Assembly: GCA_004321925.1 (NCBI GenBank) | Contig: SCQH01000017.1 | Span: 32,276-96,275, forward strand | Reading direction: 5' to 3' | Origin: Nitrospirota bacterium | GTDB lineage: Bacteria; Nitrospirota; Thermodesulfovibrionia; Thermodesulfovibrionales; UBA6898 | Length of the DNA: 64,000 nucleotides | Part shown: piece after piece, positions 38,099 through 48,803 of the stretch | How positions within the stretch are numbered: position 1 is the stretch's first letter | How the letters are laid out: each line of letters starts with the position of its first letter | The notes under the pieces: model-generated | What the model was told of the DNA's origin: nothing | Database searches by the model: none | Seen by the model: the letters and a program-made list of their open reading frames with translations, nothing else | Program-made: the position numbers and the translations under genes

Positions 38099-39456
38099 GA
38101 GACCACTGCGCTTGCAGGGCCGGCCTGAGACCAGTTCTCCCTGCGGCAGTCTTCTGCCTGCTCCTCTTCTTTGCATGCATCACCCCTTCCTTTGCGGCGG
38201 AGATCGCTGAACGTGAGGTCCTGCCCAACGGGATAATACTCCTCCATGCCGAAAAAAAAGCTGTGCCGATCATCAAGGTCGTGGTTGCCATCAGGGCAGG
38301 CAGCACGGCGGAATCCCCGGATAAGGCAGGCCTTGCTAACCTGACCGCAGACCTCCTGAATGAAGGGACCCTCAAGCGGTCCTCACAGGAAATAAGCGAG
38401 GCCATTGAATTTGTCGGAGGTGCGCTGCATACCTCGGGAGGTGCTGATTCGGCTACGGTCACGCTTTCGGTCCTGAAAAAAGATGTTGAGCTCGGCTTTG
38501 ACCTTCTTGCCGATGTGATCCTTGCCCCTGCCTTTAAACAGGAGGAGATAGCCAGAAGGAAGGCACTCCTGATCAGCTCTATCAGGCAGCAGAAGGAGGA
38601 ACCCGGTTCAATTGCCTCCAAGACGTTCTATAAGGCAGTCTTCGGGGAGCATCCTTATGGCTGGCCTGTTGAAGGGACCGAAGAATCTCTTGAAACGATA
38701 ACCAGGGAGGATATTGCCGGCTTTTACCGGATGCACTATCTGCCCAACAATACCATCATGGCGGTCGTGGGCGATATCAGCAGGGATGAGCTCAAAGCAC
38801 TCCTCAATAAATACTTCAGGAGCTGGCAGAAGCAGGAGGTGCTTCAGAAGCCACTGGCAGCTCCGGAGCCGGTTGTTGGTCCTCACGTGGTGAAGATCAG
38901 CAAGAAGACGAAACAGGCGCATATCATGCTTGGACATACAGGGTTCCGGCGGGACAATCCCGATTATTATGCCGTGTCGGTCATGAATTATATATTGGGC
39001 GGCGGCGGCTTTGCGTCAAGGCTAATGGACAATATCAGGGATAACCGGGGGCTCGCCTACAGTGTGCATAGTTCGTTCAATGCGATGAAACAGGCAGGTA
39101 TATTCCAGGCAGGGCTCCAGACCAAGAACGAATCGGCAAATACTGCTATCGGCGAGATACTCAATGAAATGGTCAGGATACAGACCGAGCCTGTCAGCGA
39201 CCGTGAGCTCAGTGACGCAAAGGCATATCTGACCGGCAGTTTCCCCCTGCGGCTCGATTCGAACAGCAAGATGGCAAACTTTCTCGTTGCCATCGAGATG
39301 TATGACCTCGGGCTCGATTATATCGAACGATACCGGGACCTGATCAATAAGGTGACCCCGGAAGATGTCCTGAGGGTCGCCCGGAAGTACTTACATACAA
39401 AAGATTATGTCCTTGTCGTGGTGGGTGATCTTGAAAAGGCTTCGCTGAAATACTGA
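38095..39456 (+). CDS. M16-family peptidase partner subunit lacking the HxxEH motif
   Basis: It has the same fold pattern, but 'GLANLTADLLNEGT' replaces HxxEH. It overlaps the upstream stop by 4 nt. Confidence 0.8.
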   Translation: MRDHCACRAGLRPVLPAAVFCLLLFFACITPSFAAEIAEREVLPNGIILLHAEKKAVPIIKVVVAIRAGSTAESPDKAGLANLTADLLNEGTLKRSSQEISEAIEFVGGALHTSGGADSATVTLSVLKKDVELGFDLLADVILAPAFKQEEIARRKALLISSIRQQKEEPGSIASKTFYKAVFGEHPYGWPVEGTEESLETITREDIAGFYRMHYLPNNTIMAVVGDISRDELKALLNKYFRSWQKQEVLQKPLAAPEPVVGPHVVKISKKTKQAHIMLGHTGFRRDNPDYYAVSVMNYILGGGGFASRLMDNIRDNRGLAYSVHSSFNAMKQAGIFQAGLQTKNESANTAIGEILNEMVRIQTEPVSDRELSDAKAYLTGSFPLRLDSNSKMANFLVAIEMYDLGLDYIERYRDLINKVTPEDVLRVARKYLHTKDYVLVVVGDLEKASLKY

Positions 39457-39480
39457 GCAGTACCGTCCCCGGCCGCTTCT

Positions 39481-40806
39481 CTACAACGTTCTTCTGCGGT
39501 CCATGATGCAGAGGCTCTTTGCAAAGGTCTTTGCATACTGCTTGAGCTCGGTCACCTTCAGTGCAACTTCCTTCGGTTCGCGTATCAGGGTCCGGTCGGT
39601 ATTGACGACTGCGATCGAAACCGTCATGATGCCGAAGATGGTCGGCTTGTCATTTCTGTCGATAGAGACGATAAACCCTTTTTTCAGGTCCTCCGGATCA
39701 TAGTGGCTGCCGATCCCCCGGTCAAAATCAGAGATGATGCGGTTGCATATCGCCTGGACCCTGTCAGGGTCGCAGATGATGACATAATCATCCCCTCCGA
39801 TATGTCCCAGAAAATCCTCAGGGGTGCCGAGCTCTTTCTTGATCTCCAGCAGAAGCTCGCCCATCCATTTGATGACGTCGCTCCCCCGCGCATAGCCGTA
39901 CCGGTCATTGAATCCCTTGAAATTATCCAGGTCGACCAGGCAGAAAGAAAACTTCTGGGTCTCGTTCAGACGCGTCAGGAGCTCTTTTTCGATGGCCAGG
40001 TTCCCGGGGAGCTTGGTGAGGGGATTGGCGTCGAGGTTCATCTCTTCAAGCTCTTTCAGCCTCACCGACATCTCCTTGAAGGATATGGCAAGATCTGCCA
40101 GCTCATCGGCCCCCTTGATCTCCGGCAGGTTGTCAAAGTCGCCGGTCCGTATGGAATGGGTTGCCGCCTTGAGGTGCTCGATGGCCGTGGACAGATGATC
40201 GGTTATCAGGTAGGCAAAGAGAATCCCGAAGAGCACCGCGATGACGCTCAGCACGATCGTGCTCGTCAGGGCCTTTTCCCCCAGCGAATTGGACCTGCCG
40301 ATATGCTGGTTCTGCTGGCGCTTGATCTTCAGGTCGATGTCCTTTATGGTGAGCAGCATCTTGTTAAAGCTGTTTTTCAGTTCTCCCGCAGAAAGGACCG
40401 TCGCCTCGTTCATTCTGCCTGCTTTGATAAGAGCCGATTCCTCAGAAAAGAACTGATTGTAGGCGTCATGGTGGACGCTGAGTGTGTCGAGCGATGTTTT
40501 CAGGGAGCTGCTGAGGCCCCCTATCTCGGTCAGCAGGGACGTGAACTCCCGGCTCTTGTTCCAGAAGAGGTTCTCTGATTCTGCCTGATGCAGGGTGAGA
40601 AAGCGTTTTTCATGCAGGTCCTGGGCAAGGATGCTGTCGTTGAGCTTCGAAAGTTTCTCGCCGATCGACAGGTCCCCGACGATGATATCGGTTGTTATGG
40701 TATTGAGTTCCTTGAAGTTCCAGATCGCATAGATGCCGACAACAAGGTTAAACAATATCATGACGATATAGCTGAGGAATATCTGATTTCTTAGTGTAAG
40801 TTTCAT
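39481..40806 (-). CDS. Membrane sensor with HAMP and a GGDEF-family domain carrying a GGDDY variant motif
   Basis: The start is taken at the internal 'MKLTLRNQIFLSYIVMILFNLVVGIYAIW'; the 533-aa extension collides with the divergent permease gene. HAMP 'AIEHLKAATHSIRTGDF'. 'NPLTKLPGN', 'DLDNFKGFNDRYGYARGS', 'HIGGDDYVII'. Confidence 0.75.
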   Translation of the reverse strand: MKLTLRNQIFLSYIVMILFNLVVGIYAIWNFKELNTITTDIIVGDLSIGEKLSKLNDSILAQDLHEKRFLTLHQAESENLFWNKSREFTSLLTEIGGLSSSLKTSLDTLSVHHDAYNQFFSEESALIKAGRMNEATVLSAGELKNSFNKMLLTIKDIDLKIKRQQNQHIGRSNSLGEKALTSTIVLSVIAVLFGILFAYLITDHLSTAIEHLKAATHSIRTGDFDNLPEIKGADELADLAISFKEMSVRLKELEEMNLDANPLTKLPGNLAIEKELLTRLNETQKFSFCLVDLDNFKGFNDRYGYARGSDVIKWMGELLLEIKKELGTPEDFLGHIGGDDYVIICDPDRVQAICNRIISDFDRGIGSHYDPEDLKKGFIVSIDRNDKPTIFGIMTVSIAVVNTDRTLIREPKEVALKVTELKQYAKTFAKSLCIMDRRRTL

Positions 40807-41085
40807 AGTGCCATTGCCAACGCTTACGATAAACCCGCCAAAGATTATATTAGGGAATTCCCGGGTGAAAAGGCAAGGTAAAAGCGGCAGATCAGCCCTT
40901 GACGTGTTGAATTTGCAGGGCATAGCTGACATAATACAGGCATTTGCTGGAAGATATTGAGAGGAATCATCGGAATTCCGGGAAACGGGGGGCGATATGA
41001 GGCAGAAGATCGACAGCATCATCCGGCAGCGGCTGACCGATCTGCTGCATGTGGTCAGGATCGTTTCTCTCAGGCGCGGCATATC

Positions 41086-42216
41086 ATGCTCTGGCTTGCG
41101 TTAAAGACACTGATCCATGAAAAGGGGCGGATGGTCATCACCCTGACGGGGATAATATTTTCTACCGTGCTTACCCTCACCCAGGTCTCCATGTACCTCG
41201 GGATGATGGGCAATGCCACCGCGGTCATCAGGCATGTCAATGCCGATATCTGGGTGATGTCCAAGAATGTGCAGAACTTCGATTTTGCAAACCCCTTCCC
41301 CGAAGACAGAATTAACAGGGTGCGGTCCAGCGCTGATGTCGTATGGGCAGACAGGCTCATCCTGACGTGGGGCTTTCTCAAGCTGGCCGGCGGCGGACAG
41401 GAGCAGGTCCAGATAATCGGGTTCAATCCCGACACCGGGGTCGGGGCGCCCTGGGAGATGGTCTCGGGCAAGCCGGCGGATGTGAAGGGCGGCCGGTATT
41501 TCATCATAGACAAGACCGCGGAGAAGAGGCTCGGGGGTCTCACGCTGGGGACGCTCTGGGAGCTTAACGAGAACCGGTTCAAGCTTGTCGGACTGTCACA
41601 GGGAGTAAAGAGCTTTACGACCGCCCCGGTCCTTTTTATGGCATATAATGAGGTGCATAATGTGCTTTCGGGGCTTGTGCGCCAGAACCAGACCTCGTAC
41701 ATCGTTGCGAAGCTGAAGGACCGTGCGAGGATGCAGGAGGTCGTTGCCGGACTGAGGAACTCCATGAAGAACAATGACGTGCTCACAACGGAGGAGTTCG
41801 TCAATAAGACCGTGTATTACTGGACGGTCCAGACAGGCATGGGCATGGGTTTTTTCCTGACCGCTATCCTCGGCCTGATCGTCGGCGGCGCGATCGTCGG
41901 CCAGACGGTCTATGCCAATACCATGGAGCACCTGCGCGAATACGGGACGCTCAAGGCGCTTGGCGCGAGGAATTCTGATATCTACAGCGTCATCTTCAGC
42001 CAGGTGGCCATAAGCGCTGTTGCAGGCTTTGCGGCCGGCTCCGTGATCATCCTTTTCCTGCGGGGAGGCATTGAAAAGGCCGGAGTGTCGCTGTATCTGA
42101 GCCCCGTTATCTTTGGTTCGATCTTTTGTGTGATCCTGGTCACCTGCCTCCTGTCGGCATTTTTTTCGATCAGGAAGGTCAGGACCCTGGACCCGGTGAC
42201 GGTCTTCAGGACATAG
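41086..42216 (+). CDS. ABC transporter permease, FtsX/MacB type
   Basis: 'MLWLALKTLIHEKGRMVITLTGIIFSTVL' is followed by a large extracytoplasmic loop and three C-terminal TM helices with 'GTLKALGARN'. Confidence 0.8.
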   Translation: MLWLALKTLIHEKGRMVITLTGIIFSTVLTLTQVSMYLGMMGNATAVIRHVNADIWVMSKNVQNFDFANPFPEDRINRVRSSADVVWADRLILTWGFLKLAGGGQEQVQIIGFNPDTGVGAPWEMVSGKPADVKGGRYFIIDKTAEKRLGGLTLGTLWELNENRFKLVGLSQGVKSFTTAPVLFMAYNEVHNVLSGLVRQNQTSYIVAKLKDRARMQEVVAGLRNSMKNNDVLTTEEFVNKTVYYWTVQTGMGMGFFLTAILGLIVGGAIVGQTVYANTMEHLREYGTLKALGARNSDIYSVIFSQVAISAVAGFAAGSVIILFLRGGIEKAGVSLYLSPVIFGSIFCVILVTCLLSAFFSIRKVRTLDPVTVFRT

Positions 42217-42222
42217 CGTGCC

Positions 42223-42897
42223 ATGACCGTGATACTCGAGGCAGAGGGCGTCAGCAAGATATATGGCAAGGGGGAAAATAGCATCCTGGCGGTCGATGAC
42301 GTGAGCCTGAGCGTCAGAAGAAATGAGATGCTCCTGATCATGGGGCCCTCCGGTTCGGGTAAGACCACACTGCTTTCGATCATGGGCTGCATCCTCCACC
42401 CTACAAGCGGAGAAGTGCGGATCGAGGGCAAGGCAGTGACCGGACTTCATGAAGATGCCCTGCCTGACATCAGGAAACAGTATTTCGGCTTTGTGTTTCA
42501 GGCCTTTAATCTCTTCCCTTCCCTGAGGGCGGTCGAAAATGTGGAGCTGGTCCTGAGACTCAAAAAAACGGATAAAACAGGGATACGGGCCGAGGCGCTG
42601 GAGCTCCTCAAAAAGGTGGGCCTCGGGAAAAGGTCGCATTTTTATCCTGCAGACATGAGCGGAGGAGAAAAACAGCGCGTGGCCTTTGCCAGGGCACTGG
42701 CCGGTGACCCGCCTATCATTATGGCGGACGAACCCACGGCAAACCTCGATTCCAGGACCGGACAGGACGTCCTGAAACTGTTGCGGGACATGTCTGAAGA
42801 GTCCCATAAGGGGATAGTTATTGTGAGTCACGACCCGAAGGCCGAGGCACTAGCCCACCGGGTAGTCTTTCTTGAAGACGGGAGAATAAGATCATGA
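42223..42897 (+). CDS. ABC transporter ATP-binding protein (MacB/LolD-like)
   Basis: Walker A 'GPSGSGKTT', signature 'MSGGEKQR', Walker B 'IIMADEPT'. Confidence 0.9.
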   Translation: MTVILEAEGVSKIYGKGENSILAVDDVSLSVRRNEMLLIMGPSGSGKTTLLSIMGCILHPTSGEVRIEGKAVTGLHEDALPDIRKQYFGFVFQAFNLFPSLRAVENVELVLRLKKTDKTGIRAEALELLKKVGLGKRSHFYPADMSGGEKQRVAFARALAGDPPIIMADEPTANLDSRTGQDVLKLLRDMSEESHKGIVIVSHDPKAEALAHRVVFLEDGRIRS

Positions 42898-43937
42898 AAA
42901 GAACATTGATAGCTGGTATGGTCCTGCTCGGGCTGATCGCTTTGTATGCGGGGGTCAGCCATAAAAGGGGCCTGCAGGAGAAGGCCGCTCAAAAGGCGGC
43001 TGTACAGGAGAGCGCTGCGGTGCAGTATGCCGCTGCAGAGGGGAGGGTCGAGACCCTTCCCGGATTTGAAGTGGAGGTCGGCAGCGAGATAGAGGGCAGG
43101 ATAGCAGAGGTCCTGGTGAGCGAGGGGAGCCAGGTAAAGAAGGGAGACCTCATAGCGCGGATCGAGAACAGCGACATTCAGGCCAAGCTCCATGAGGCCA
43201 GGGCCGCCCTGACGGTCGCCAGGTCAAGGCTGCTGGAGACGTCCTCGGGGTCGAGGCAGGAGGAGATAAGGAAGGCGGCAGCAGCGCTCGAAAGCGCGGT
43301 CGCAGACCGGGAGATCTCAGCAAAGGAACTCAAGCGGCATGAAGGGCTCGCCGAAAAAGGGATCATCTCACGTTCATTTCTGGATGAAAAAGAGAGGTCC
43401 TTCAGGGTCGCTGCTGCACGGGTGAAGGAGGCTGAAGAAGAGAAGACCCTCAGGGATAAAGGTCCCAAACAGGAGACCGTGAAGGTGCTTGAGGATTCGG
43501 TCCTTCAGGCAGAGGCGACCGTCGCTTATTATAAGAGCGTCCTCGACAAGACCTATATAGCCGCGCCGATATCGGGCAAGGTCATCAGAAAATATCTCAG
43601 TAAGGGAGAAATGGTCAGCAAGGAGGTCCAGCCGTATCTCGTCACGGTCGCAGACATAGAAAAGGTGCGCATAAACGCAGAAGTGGACGAGACCGACATC
43701 GGCAGGATCTCGCTCGGGGACCAGGTCGAGGTGACCACCTATGCCTTCCCCGATACGGTATTCAAGGGTGTTGTCCGGGAGATCTCGGACTATGCCGGCA
43801 TAAGGAAGGTGACCCCGAACAACCCGGCCAAGAACCGCGATATGAAGATCGTTCAGGTCAAGATCGATCTCGCTGAGAAGACCCCCCTGAAACTCGGCAT
43901 GACCGTGGATGTCAGGATAATCCCCGGCAAACACTGA
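42894..43937 (+). CDS. HlyD-family periplasmic adaptor (membrane fusion protein)
   Basis: N-terminal anchor, 'GRIAEVLVSEGSQVKKGDLIARIE', a coiled-coil hairpin, and 'GMTVDVRI'. Confidence 0.85.
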   Translation: MKRTLIAGMVLLGLIALYAGVSHKRGLQEKAAQKAAVQESAAVQYAAAEGRVETLPGFEVEVGSEIEGRIAEVLVSEGSQVKKGDLIARIENSDIQAKLHEARAALTVARSRLLETSSGSRQEEIRKAAAALESAVADREISAKELKRHEGLAEKGIISRSFLDEKERSFRVAAARVKEAEEEKTLRDKGPKQETVKVLEDSVLQAEATVAYYKSVLDKTYIAAPISGKVIRKYLSKGEMVSKEVQPYLVTVADIEKVRINAEVDETDIGRISLGDQVEVTTYAFPDTVFKGVVREISDYAGIRKVTPNNPAKNRDMKIVQVKIDLAEKTPLKLGMTVDVRIIPGKH

Positions 43938-44085
43938 GCCGGCTTAACCCCATTCCGGCCATCCGGCTGGTTGCTGTTTTTGTCTCCCTGAAGCTGCCGG
44001 CGGCCGTGTCCGGGAATGCGGCAGGAAGCATGCCGAATATGTTAAAATATGCAGATTTTACTGAGATGGAAGGCGGGGTGCATGT

Positions 44086-46494
44086 ATGTCCAAGTTACCG
44101 ATAAATATAGAAGAAGAGATGAAGGTCAGCTACCTCGATTACGCGATGAGCGTGATCATCGGCAGGGCGCTGCCCGAGGTAAGGGACGGGCTTAAGCCTG
44201 TCCAGAGAAGGATCCTCTATGCGATGTTCCGCGAGGGGCTCCTCCCGAACAAGAAATATTCAAAAAGCGCCGGAGTCGTCGGCGAGGTCCTGAAGAAATA
44301 CCATCCCCATGGCGATACTGCGGTCTATGACGCCATGGTCAGGCTTGCCCAGGATTTTAATATGCGGTATATGCTCGTCGACGGCCAGGGCAACTTCGGG
44401 TCTATCGACGGCGACCGTGCTGCAGCATACCGGTATACCGAGGCGAGGCTCGCAAAGATCTCCGAGGAGCTTTTGTCCGATATCGACAAGGAGACCGTCG
44501 ATTTTTCCCCCAACTTTGACGAGACCACGGAAGAGCCGAAGGTCCTGCCCTCCCGGGTCCCGAACCTTATCATCAATGGGGCCGCCGGCATTGCCGTCGG
44601 CATGGCTACCAATATCCCTCCCCATAACCTGGGTGAGATCATTGACGGTCTGACCATGCTCCTCGATAATCCCGAGACGACCACCGAGGACCTGCTCACC
44701 GTTGTAAAAGGTCCGGATTTTCCGACCGGCGGCATAATCCACGGTACAGCCGGCATCAAGAGCGCATATGCTACGGGCCGGGGACTTCTGAGGATCAGGG
44801 CACGCGCACGGATAGAGAGGGAGCACCGGGGCGGGGAAAGCATCATAATCACCGAGATGCCTTACCAGGTCAACAAGGCACGGCTCATCGAGAAGATGGC
44901 AGAGCTTGTCCGGGAGAAGAAGATCGAGGGCATCTCCGACATCCGTGACGAATCCGACAGGGACGGCATCAGGGTCGTCATCGAAATGAAGCGGGGCGAG
45001 ATGGCCGAAGTGGTCCTTAACAACCTCTATAAACATACGCAGATGGAGACCACCTTCGGCATCATCATGCTTGCTCTGGTCGGCGGTCAGCCGCATGTCC
45101 TCGGCCTTAAAAAGATACTCGGCCATTTCCTGCAGCACCGGCGGGACGTGATCCTCAGGCGGACCAGGTTCGAGCTGAGGAAGGCAGAGGAACGGGCCCA
45201 TATTTTGGAAGGCCTGAAGATAGCCCTTGATAACCTTGACGAGATCATCGCGCTGATCAGGGCGGCCAAGAGCCCGGAAGAAGCACGTCAGGGGCTGATG
45301 GGCAGCTACCCGCTCTCCGAGGTCCAGGCCCAGGCCATCCTCGACATGAAGCTCCAGAGACTGACCGGCCTTGAACGCGACAAGATCATTGCCGAATATA
45401 AAGAGGTCCTGAAGGAGATCGAGAAGCTGAAGGCCATCCTCAAGAGCGACGCCCTTGTATCGAAGATCATCAAGAACGAGCTGCTTGAGATCCGTTCCAA
45501 GTATGCGGACGAAAGAAGGACTGAAATAAACGAAGATACAAAGGAGATAACGATCGAGGACCTCATCACTGAGGAGGAGATGGTCATCACCCTGTCGCAT
45601 GGCGGCTATATCAAGCGGAACCCCCTGAGCGCCTATCGCAGCCAGAGGCGCGGCGGCAAGGGCCTCATCGGGATGGAGACCAAAGAAGAAGACTTTGTCG
45701 CAGAGCTCTTTATCGGCTCCACCCATGACTATATGCTCTTCTTTTCGAACCTCGGGAGACTTTACTGGCTGAAGATCTACCAGATCCCTGAGGCAGGCCG
45801 TGCCGCAAAAGGCAAGGCCCTGATCAACCTCCTGCAGCTTTCAGAGGGCGAGCGCATTACCACGGCTCTCCCGGTGAGAGACTTCAAGGAGGGGTATCTG
45901 GTCATGTTCACCAAGAACGGGACGGTCAAAAAGACGGCCCTGACCGCATACAGCAACCCGCGGGGCAAGGGCATCATCGCCATCAGCATCGACGAGGGGG
46001 ATGAGCTCATTGCCGTCAGAAAAACAACCGGGAAGAACGACCTTATCATCGGCACCCGTAACGGCATGTCCATTAAGTTCAATGAAGAGGATGTGCGGGA
46101 CATGGGCAGGTCTGCTAAAGGTGTCCGGGGCATGAGGCTTTCCGGGGATGATGAGGTCGTCTCCGGAGAGGTCGCCGAGGTAAAGACCTCTATCCTGACG
46201 GTCGCTGAGAACGGCTTCGGCAAGAGGACAAAGATCGAGGACTACCGTCTGCAGACCAGAGGCGGCAAGGGCATCCTCTCGATCAAGCTTACCAAAAAGG
46301 GCGGCAAGGTCGTCGGCATGCTCCTGGTGAGGGACGAGGACGAGGTCGTCATGATCACCAGCGGCGGCAAGCTTATCAGGACGACCGCCGAGAATATATC
46401 GACCCATGGCAGAAATACCCAGGGCGTCAAGCTCATGGATACCACGGCGGACGACATGATCGTCAGTATCGCCAAGGTCGTTGAAAAGGACTGA
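44086..46494 (+). CDS. gyrA: DNA gyrase subunit A
   Basis: '[32 protein letters not shown]', 'HPHGD', '[10 protein letters not shown]', and C-terminal beta-pinwheel repeats. Confidence 0.97.
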   Translation: MSKLPINIEEEMKVSYLDYAMSVIIGRALPEVRDGLKPVQRRILYAMFREGLLPNKKYSKSAGVVGEVLKKYHPHGDTAVYDAMVRLAQDFNMRYMLVDGQGNFGSIDGDRAAAYRYTEARLAKISEELLSDIDKETVDFSPNFDETTEEPKVLPSRVPNLIINGAAGIAVGMATNIPPHNLGEIIDGLTMLLDNPETTTEDLLTVVKGPDFPTGGIIHGTAGIKSAYATGRGLLRIRARARIEREHRGGESIIITEMPYQVNKARLIEKMAELVREKKIEGISDIRDESDRDGIRVVIEMKRGEMAEVVLNNLYKHTQMETTFGIIMLALVGGQPHVLGLKKILGHFLQHRRDVILRRTRFELRKAEERAHILEGLKIALDNLDEIIALIRAAKSPEEARQGLMGSYPLSEVQAQAILDMKLQRLTGLERDKIIAEYKEVLKEIEKLKAILKSDALVSKIIKNELLEIRSKYADERRTEINEDTKEITIEDLITEEEMVITLSHGGYIKRNPLSAYRSQRRGGKGLIGMETKEEDFVAELFIGSTHDYMLFFSNLGRLYWLKIYQIPEAGRAAKGKALINLLQLSEGERITTALPVRDFKEGYLVMFTKNGTVKKTALTAYSNPRGKGIIAISIDEGDELIAVRKTTGKNDLIIGTRNGMSIKFNEEDVRDMGRSAKGVRGMRLSGDDEVVSGEVAEVKTSILTVAENGFGKRTKIEDYRLQTRGGKGILSIKLTKKGGKVVGMLLVRDEDEVVMITSGGKLIRTTAENISTHGRNTQGVKLMDTTADDMIVSIAKVVEKD

Positions 46495-46523
46495 ACCCGA
46501 AGGGCTTCGGGTGACATGACAAA

Positions 46524-47165
46524 GTGCGGACGCAGGCGCTGACCGCTGAAGAGCTCCTGTCGCAGGGGATGACAGAGCTCGGGCTTCAGCATACCACGGC
46601 AGAGATCGCAGCCTTTATTACCTATCTTGGGGAGCTCAGGAAATGGAGCAGGGCCTATAATCTGACCGGGCTTAAGACCGACCGGGACATTGTCATCAAA
46701 AACTTCCTCGACTCCCTTCTTTTCAGGACAGTCCTGCCTGCGGGAGTCCGGTCTCTTGCAGACATCGGCAGCGGCGCCGGCTTTCCCGGGCTGCCGCTGA
46801 AGATACTCGACCCGGCCCTCCGTCTCATCCTGATCGAACCGACCGAAAAGAAGGCCGCCTTTCTCAGGCATATCTGCAGCAGGCTCGGCCTCGAAAGCGT
46901 GGAGGTCGTCAATCAAAGGGCAGAGGAGGTCTGGGGCATCCAGGCCGAGGTTGTCGTGACGAGAGCCCTGTTTACGGTCGCTGAACTGATAAAAAAGGCA
47001 GGACATATCTGTGCAGAGAACGGTTGTATGATCCTCAGCAAAGGCCCGAAGCTCTCTGAAGAACTGAAGGATGTCACAACAGAAGAGATATCAGTGACCG
47101 ACCGGGAGCTGCCTTTCGAGCATGTTGTCAGGCATCTGGTGGTGGTGAAAAAAGCGTCCGGCTAG
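46524..47165 (+). CDS. rsmG: 16S rRNA m7G527 methyltransferase RsmG
   Basis: 'WSRAYNLTGLKTDRDIVIKNFLDSL' and the SAM motif 'DIGSGAGFPGLPLKI'. The GTG start is uncertain. Confidence 0.85.
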   Translation: MRTQALTAEELLSQGMTELGLQHTTAEIAAFITYLGELRKWSRAYNLTGLKTDRDIVIKNFLDSLLFRTVLPAGVRSLADIGSGAGFPGLPLKILDPALRLILIEPTEKKAAFLRHICSRLGLESVEVVNQRAEEVWGIQAEVVVTRALFTVAELIKKAGHICAENGCMILSKGPKLSEELKDVTTEEISVTDRELPFEHVVRHLVVVKKASG

Positions 47166-47356
47166 CGCAGCGCCTCATGGTAGGCCAGTCCGAAGGCCAT
47201 AAGCGAAAAGAAGGCTGCCAGCAGGCCAAGGACGAGATACTTGATCCCCTGGCCGGTCCTTTGGGCCTTGAATTCAAAATAAGACTTCGGCAGGAGTGTG
47301 GCTGCCCCGAAGATAAGCATCAGACCGGCAAGTACCTGTGTGACCACCCTTACCAT
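47162..47356 (-). CDS. Small two-helix membrane protein (64 aa), hypothetical
   Basis: Two hydrophobic stretches. Tightly packed between rsmG and the endonuclease III-like gene. Confidence 0.35.
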   Translation of the reverse strand: MVRVVTQVLAGLMLIFGAATLLPKSYFEFKAQRTGQGIKYLVLGLLAAFFSLMAFGLAYHEALR

Positions 47357-47362
47357 GACGGA

Positions 47363-47998
47363 TCAGAGCCCCTCAAGCGGACATCCGCCGCAGAGCGGCC
47401 GTGTCCAGCAATGCTCCTTGGCGAGCCTGACGAACAGCGCGTGATACTCATTGAAGAGCTGAAGGTCCTGCCTGAGCCCTTTATGAAAGAGCCCCTGAAA
47501 TTCATCATATGATGCGTCATGGTCCATGATATTATGTCTCGAAAGCACCCTTTTTGTATAGGCATCGATCACAAATACCGGTTTGTCGAGCGCATACAGA
47601 AGGATAGAGTCGGCCGTCTCAGGCCCTATCCCGTTGACCGCAAGAAGCTTCTTTCTGATATCCGGAAGCTGCTCCGCGGCCATCTTTTTCATGCTCCCGC
47701 CATATTCTCCTGAAAGCAGTGTGATAAAGTTCTTCAGCCTTTTTGCCTTGATGTTATAGTATCCGGCCGGCCGGATCAATATGGCAAGTTCCTCTGCAGG
47801 CATGGCATGCAGGGTTTGAGCATGTAGTTTCCCCGCTTTTTTCAGGTTCCTGATCGCCTTTTCGACATTTCCCCAGTTGGTGTTCTGCGTGAGAATGGCG
47901 CCGACAGCAACCTCAAAGGGAGTATCACCCGGCCACCAGTGCTGCGGCCCGAAATGTCCGGAAAGTCTACGGTATATCTGCTGAAGCTCACGCTTCAT
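47363..47998 (-). CDS. Endonuclease III-related HhH-GPD DNA glycosylase family protein
   Basis: 'ILTQNTNWGNVEKAI' and the helix-hairpin-helix 'LLAVNGIGPETADSILLYAL'. Confidence 0.8.
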   Translation of the reverse strand: MKRELQQIYRRLSGHFGPQHWWPGDTPFEVAVGAILTQNTNWGNVEKAIRNLKKAGKLHAQTLHAMPAEELAILIRPAGYYNIKAKRLKNFITLLSGEYGGSMKKMAAEQLPDIRKKLLAVNGIGPETADSILLYALDKPVFVIDAYTKRVLSRHNIMDHDASYDEFQGLFHKGLRQDLQLFNEYHALFVRLAKEHCWTRPLCGGCPLEGL

Positions 47999-48407
47999 GC
48001 CCTGATACCGGAGCCCTCATCTTTTTCTTCTCGCTGGTCATCCTCTTGTCGGCCAGCAGCTTTTCCTTTGACCTCTTCGAGCGCTTCCGCTTCTGCCTCC
48101 TGATCTTCTCTATCCGCTGGACCTCTTCGCTCTCCTTCCCCCTGAGGAGCTGGTCGATCTTCTTAACGAGCAGCAGGCGTGCCCGGTAACGGTTCAGGGA
48201 CTGGGAGCGGCCTTCCTGGCATTTGACCTCAAGGCCTGTCGGCAGGTGCCTGAGATAGACGCAGGTCGAGGTCTTGTTCACATGCTGCCCGCCCTTCCCT
48301 GAGGAGCGGATAAAGGACTCATGAACATCCTCTTCACGGATATTAAGGCTTTTCATCTTTTCCGCCAGGGCCTCTTCTTTGGCCTGGCTCACCGAAAACA
48401 GTCCCAT
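47988..48407 (-). CDS. arfB: GGQ-domain peptidyl-tRNA hydrolase, ArfB-like ribosome rescue factor
   Basis: 'SSGKGGQHVNKTSTCVYLRH', 'GRSQSLNR', and a lysine/arginine-rich C-terminal tail; 139 aa. Confidence 0.75.
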   Translation of the reverse strand: MGLFSVSQAKEEALAEKMKSLNIREEDVHESFIRSSGKGGQHVNKTSTCVYLRHLPTGLEVKCQEGRSQSLNRYRARLLLVKKIDQLLRGKESEEVQRIEKIRRQKRKRSKRSKEKLLADKRMTSEKKKMRAPVSGHEA

Positions 48408-48514
48408 AATTAAATACTATAGCAGAACTCTCTTTGATTTCATGATTTGACCCTGATACCACGTAAGTTGTTATAATATCGATGTTGTGCAACTAACGAA
48501 AAGAGAGGTTTTAT

Positions 48515-48703
48515 ATGAGTTTTTTAAAGAAAATAGGTGAATGGCTGCTTCCCCAGGATGATATGGACCTTGCCAGGAACAGGCCGGGCCGCAACGACAA
48601 CTGCTGGTGCGGATCTGAAAAAAAATATAAGAGATGCCATCTCGATGAGGACGCAAAGAAGATCTCAAAGGCCAACGCCTTAAAATGCAAGACCAGCAGC
48701 TGA
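48515..48703 (+). CDS. Small SEC-C motif protein
   Basis: 'GRNDNCWCGSEKKYKRCH' is the SEC-C metal-binding motif. Confidence 0.55.
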   Translation: MSFLKKIGEWLLPQDDMDLARNRPGRNDNCWCGSEKKYKRCHLDEDAKKISKANALKCKTSS

Positions 48704-48760
48704 AAGGCCTCCTGAGCTGATTTTCAGCTTAACTGCTTATTTCCCCATGACACTGAGTGC

Positions 48761-48790
48761 AAACGACTGATATTCCGGTATCAGTCGTTT
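48761..48790. terminator. Perfect 12-bp hairpin between convergent genes
   Basis: AAACGACTGATA-TTCCGG-TATCAGTCGTTT. Confidence 0.4.
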
Positions 48791-48803
48791 GAGTGTAGAC
48801 ACA

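Noticed and set aside
40807-41085. 5' extensions of ORFs 39481..41082 (minus) and 40957..42216 (plus), which would overlap each other
   Set aside because: Both extensions encode non-hydrophobic, motif-free sequence ahead of obvious N-terminal TM starts (MKLTLRNQIFLSY... and MLWLALKTLIHEKG...). Internal ATGs leave a normal 279-bp divergent intergenic region.
41596-42831. 411-aa minus-strand ORF
   Set aside because: It is antisense to the ABC permease and ATPase genes. The plus strand encodes Walker A, signature and Walker B motifs; the antisense product has no motif.
44260-45726. 488-aa minus-strand ORF, plus other long ORFs inside gyrA
   Set aside because: The plus strand encodes an unmistakable GyrA. 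The antisense ORFs are compositional artefacts.
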